64,000 bases of DNA from Squalus acanthias (Eukaryota): NCBI GenBank assembly GCA_030390025.1, contig CM059433.1:31870001-31934000 (forward strand), given 5' to 3'. The notes below the pieces were generated by a model. That model saw only the letters and a program-made list of their open reading frames with translations, made no database searches and was not told where the DNA came from. Numbering within the stretch: the stretch's first letter is position 1; every line of letters starts with the position of its first letter. Shown here one piece after another: positions 60,830-64,000 of this stretch. The position numbers and the translations under genes were made by a program.

Positions 60830-61690
60830 TTGGAGTCAGATATTTCAGCCCCGCTGCAGAACTTCAACTCATAATCTAGGTTGACACTTTGGTGCAAAAC
60901 TGAGAGAGTGCAACATTGTGAGAAGTACTGTCTTTTGAGTGAGACCTTAAACCGAGGCCCCGTCTGCCTGTTCCGGTGGATGTAAAAGATCCCATGGCAC
61001 AATTTGAAGATAATTGATCAGTTTTGACAAAGAGCAGGGGAGTTCTCCCTGGTGTCCTGGCCAGCATTCATCTCTTAACCAACTTAACTAAAACAGATTA
61101 ATCCGTCACTTATCTCACTTACTTTTAATGGGCTTTTGCTGTGTGCAAATTTGCTGCAGCATTTGCCTAGGTAACACCACTGAGGGTATTTCCAAAGTAA
61201 TTCATTGGCTGTGAAATTATTTGGGGACATCCTGAGGCCAGCTGTGGCTCTCACCTCGGAGTCAGAAGGTTGTGGGATAAAGTCCCACTTCAGAGGCTTG
61301 AGCACAAAAATCTCAGCTGACACTCCCAGTGCAGTACTGAGGGAGTGCTGCACTGTCGGAGGTCCCATCTTTCGGATAAGGCGTTAAACTGAGGTCCCGT
61401 CTGTCTTCTCAGGTGGACGTAAAGTATCCCATGGCACTTTTTTCGAAAAAGAACAGGGGAGTTCTCCCTAGTGTTCTGGCCAATATTTATCCCTTACCCA
61501 ACATCACTAAAAACACATTATCCGGTCATTATCACACTGCTGTTTGTGGGAGCTTGCTTTGCACAAAGTGGCTGCCGTGTTTCCCTACATTACAACAGTG
61601 ACTACACTTCAAAAAGTACTTATTTGGCTGGAAAGTGCTTAGGGACGTCCTGAGGTTGTGAAAGGCGCAATAAATGCAAGTCTTTCTTTT
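60830..61690 (+). mobile_element. two tandem DeuSINEs (older about 60830-61237, younger about 61238-61690)
   Basis: core motif ttaaa(c)cgagg.ccc occurs twice; second head begins inside the first copy's tail. Confidence 0.82.
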
Positions 61691-61782
61691 ATATAAATGC
61701 TAGTTCTTTCTTTTTAAAATCAGCGACATTGCTCGTGATTCTTGCCTGATAGATTGAACAATGCAGTCTGCGATTACATTCT

Positions 61783-62160
61783 ATGTGCCTGATAGAGGTC
61801 TTTAAAATTATGAAGGGGTTCGAGAGGGTAGGTGTAGAGAAGACTTTTCCAACAAAAACTAATGGCCATAAATATAAGATAGTCACAAATAAACCCAATA
61901 AGGAATTCAGGAGAAATATCTTTACCCAGACGCTGGTTAGAATGTGGAAATCGCTAACACAAGGAGTAGTTGAGGCAAATAGCATAGTTGCATTTAAAGG
62001 GAAGCTAGATAAGTACATGAGGGAGAAAGGAATAGAAGGATATGCTGATAGGGTTAGATGAAGAGGGGTGGGAGGAGGCTTGTGTGGAGCATAAACACCG
62101 GCATGGATCAGTTCGGCCGAATGGCCTGTTTCTATGCTGTACATTCCATGTAATTCTGTG
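61783..62160 (+). mobile_element. CR1 3' fragment
   Basis: LIEVFKIMKG...FTQ..VRMW...FKGKLDKY. Confidence 0.82.
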
Positions 62161-62957
62161 TAATAGAATGATATCACAGACTTAACTGTTCAGTCTATGT
62201 GAGGTACAAAAACAAAATAAATTATTGCAGTTGCAATTGCTGGTGATGGACGTGAACTTAACTTATGCAACATCAGCACCATCCCTCCTCAGTTTAAAAA
62301 TAACCCATGGAAAACAAGTCACTGCATTCAGGCTACACCTCCAGTAGAAGCTGGATTTCACAGCACTGTAGCATGACACTCAGAGCCATTCCCAGGGGAT
62401 GTCACATATGCTCCGTCGATTGTAGCTCGAGTGGCTAGGCCTGAGCGAGTCTGTCACACAAACAGACAGGCGACTTCTCAATTAAGAAGCAATGACTGCG
62501 CGGAAGTGCCGTGAGAAAAAACACTGACATCAGCAAAATAACTGCAGTGAGAGTCACGTCATTACAGTTGCTTGACCGTGGCACACTACTGGCTGGACAA
62601 TTAATAATAAAATACCAAGAATTAAAAGTGAGCTCAGTATACGATGAAAATATGGGAGCATTCTATTTGGAGGAAATAATAACCAATTTGCACATAGCCA
62701 AGTTATTTTTGACCAAAGTGTTTATGTGTGGCACAGAGAAACAAAACTGAAGTAACAGTGCTGAAAGTGACTTCTTATCATTTTCAAATTCTACGATGCT
62801 ACACGTTCCACTATCAGGCCTTATACAGCTCACTTTCACTGGTTAATGTTCAATAGAGCAGTTGAAATGTTGCTTCATGCAGTGTATCGTCATCTGCAGT
62901 TACACAATCACAAAGGCATCTAGAAATATAAACATAATGGGAGATTTTCCTCTCAGT

Positions 62958-63833
62958 GGGGGAAAAATTCAGTTGGTTGCCCCTCCCATTTAATTGGGCG
63001 CAAAGCAACTAATGCCCGAGCGCAGCGCTGTTTGCGCCGCTCGGGAAATTAACTAGACATTTTGCGGCGGCGCTAAACACTACCGCCACGAACTCCTGCG
63101 CCGGCAGATCATGACGTCAGTCGAGTGCGCAACGCCCCGGTAGCGCCCCGGAGCGTATATTGAGTGGCGCCCCCTGCCTCACCGCCTGCCGCTAGCAACG
63201 ACAGGTTGAGGGGAGCGTTTTGCAGTCAGGAAGGGACTGGGGGAGTGCTAATTAAAGGCGACCGCTTTCTGCCTTTTTTTTGTTGGTGACATTTTTGAAC
63301 CACGCATTCTGAGAGAGAGAGAGACACACTTCTGGAGAGATTCAATGCTGTGTGAAGGAGTTTTGGGTACTAAGCAGCACTTTGAAGCTTCATTTTGATT
63401 TGCCCTTCCTTGTATCGATTTAGAAGAGACTGTGGGGGCTGCACTCGGAGCTCTTTCCCTGGGGCTCTCCATTGTTCTTTCCAGCAGATTTGATGTACAG
63501 GTCTGTCCAGGCCGAGATTCAAGGCTGCAATGAGCAGGATGTGGATGGAAAGCAAGATCAGCCCTCCCCTTTAAGAACTGGCAGGGGCCATTGTGTCTGT
63601 GTTCCATTGCTGACTGACATCACATGAGCTTCGCCAGCGCTCTGAGGTAGCGCCTCGCTCCTCGGCCTTTGCGCCTTAAGACAGATGTGTAGCGTCTGAT
63701 TTAGCGCTCCAGTCACCTCCAGGGGCGATAAAAGTCAAGTTTGCAGTCGGAGGCGATAATTAGCGCCAGGCGCTAATCTTTGCGCCCGGCCGATAATTGC
63801 GCCCCAAATGAGGCGATACTGAATTTTTCCCCC
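62958..63833 (-). mobile_element. 876-bp non-autonomous Harbinger derivative related to 42787-46466
   Basis: TIR GGGGGAAAAATTCAGT perfect at both ends; TSD AGT at 62955-62957 and 63834-63836; both subtermini homologous to the large element, in opposite orientation. Confidence 0.92.
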
Positions 63834-63867
63834 AGTGTACCTGGAGCAGAACTGAACTCCTCAGGAA

Positions 63868-64000
63868 TATTCATCAGGGACTGAAGGCTGATAAATCCCC
63901 AGGGCCTGATGGTCTGCATCCCAGAGTACTTAAGGAGATGGCCTTGGAAATAGTGGATGCATTGACGATCATTTTCCAACATTCCTTAGACTCTGGATCA
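63868..64000 (+). mobile_element. CR1 ORF2 fragment running off the window
   Basis: [29 protein letters not shown]. Confidence 0.85.

Overview
Eukaryotic, vertebrate DNA, most likely a shark (cartilaginous fish): it carries an HE1-type V-SINE, about a dozen SacSINE1-type DeuSINEs, CR1, L2 and RTE LINEs, and PIF/Harbinger DNA transposons. Roughly half or more of the window is transposon-derived, and nearly all long ORFs in the supplied track are decayed LINE or Harbinger ORFs or their antisense shadows. Between the repeats I find a chain of small, phase-compatible + strand exon candidates (about 2.8-25.5 kb) of a host gene I cannot name, so the window is probably mostly intron. Other highlights are a full-length but inactivated two-gene Harbinger (42787-46466) with a cognate 876-bp MITE, a 32-bp minisatellite behind a GC-box/RFX X-box segment, a chimeric HE1 SINE fused head-to-head with a CR1 next to a splice donor, a 107-bp inverted local duplication, and a three-level transposon nest. 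There is no CRISPR array and no prokaryotic system. Family names come from recall of consensus sequences, not from a database search. Most repeat boundaries are approximate (about +/-10-20 bp) unless a TIR or TSD is cited.
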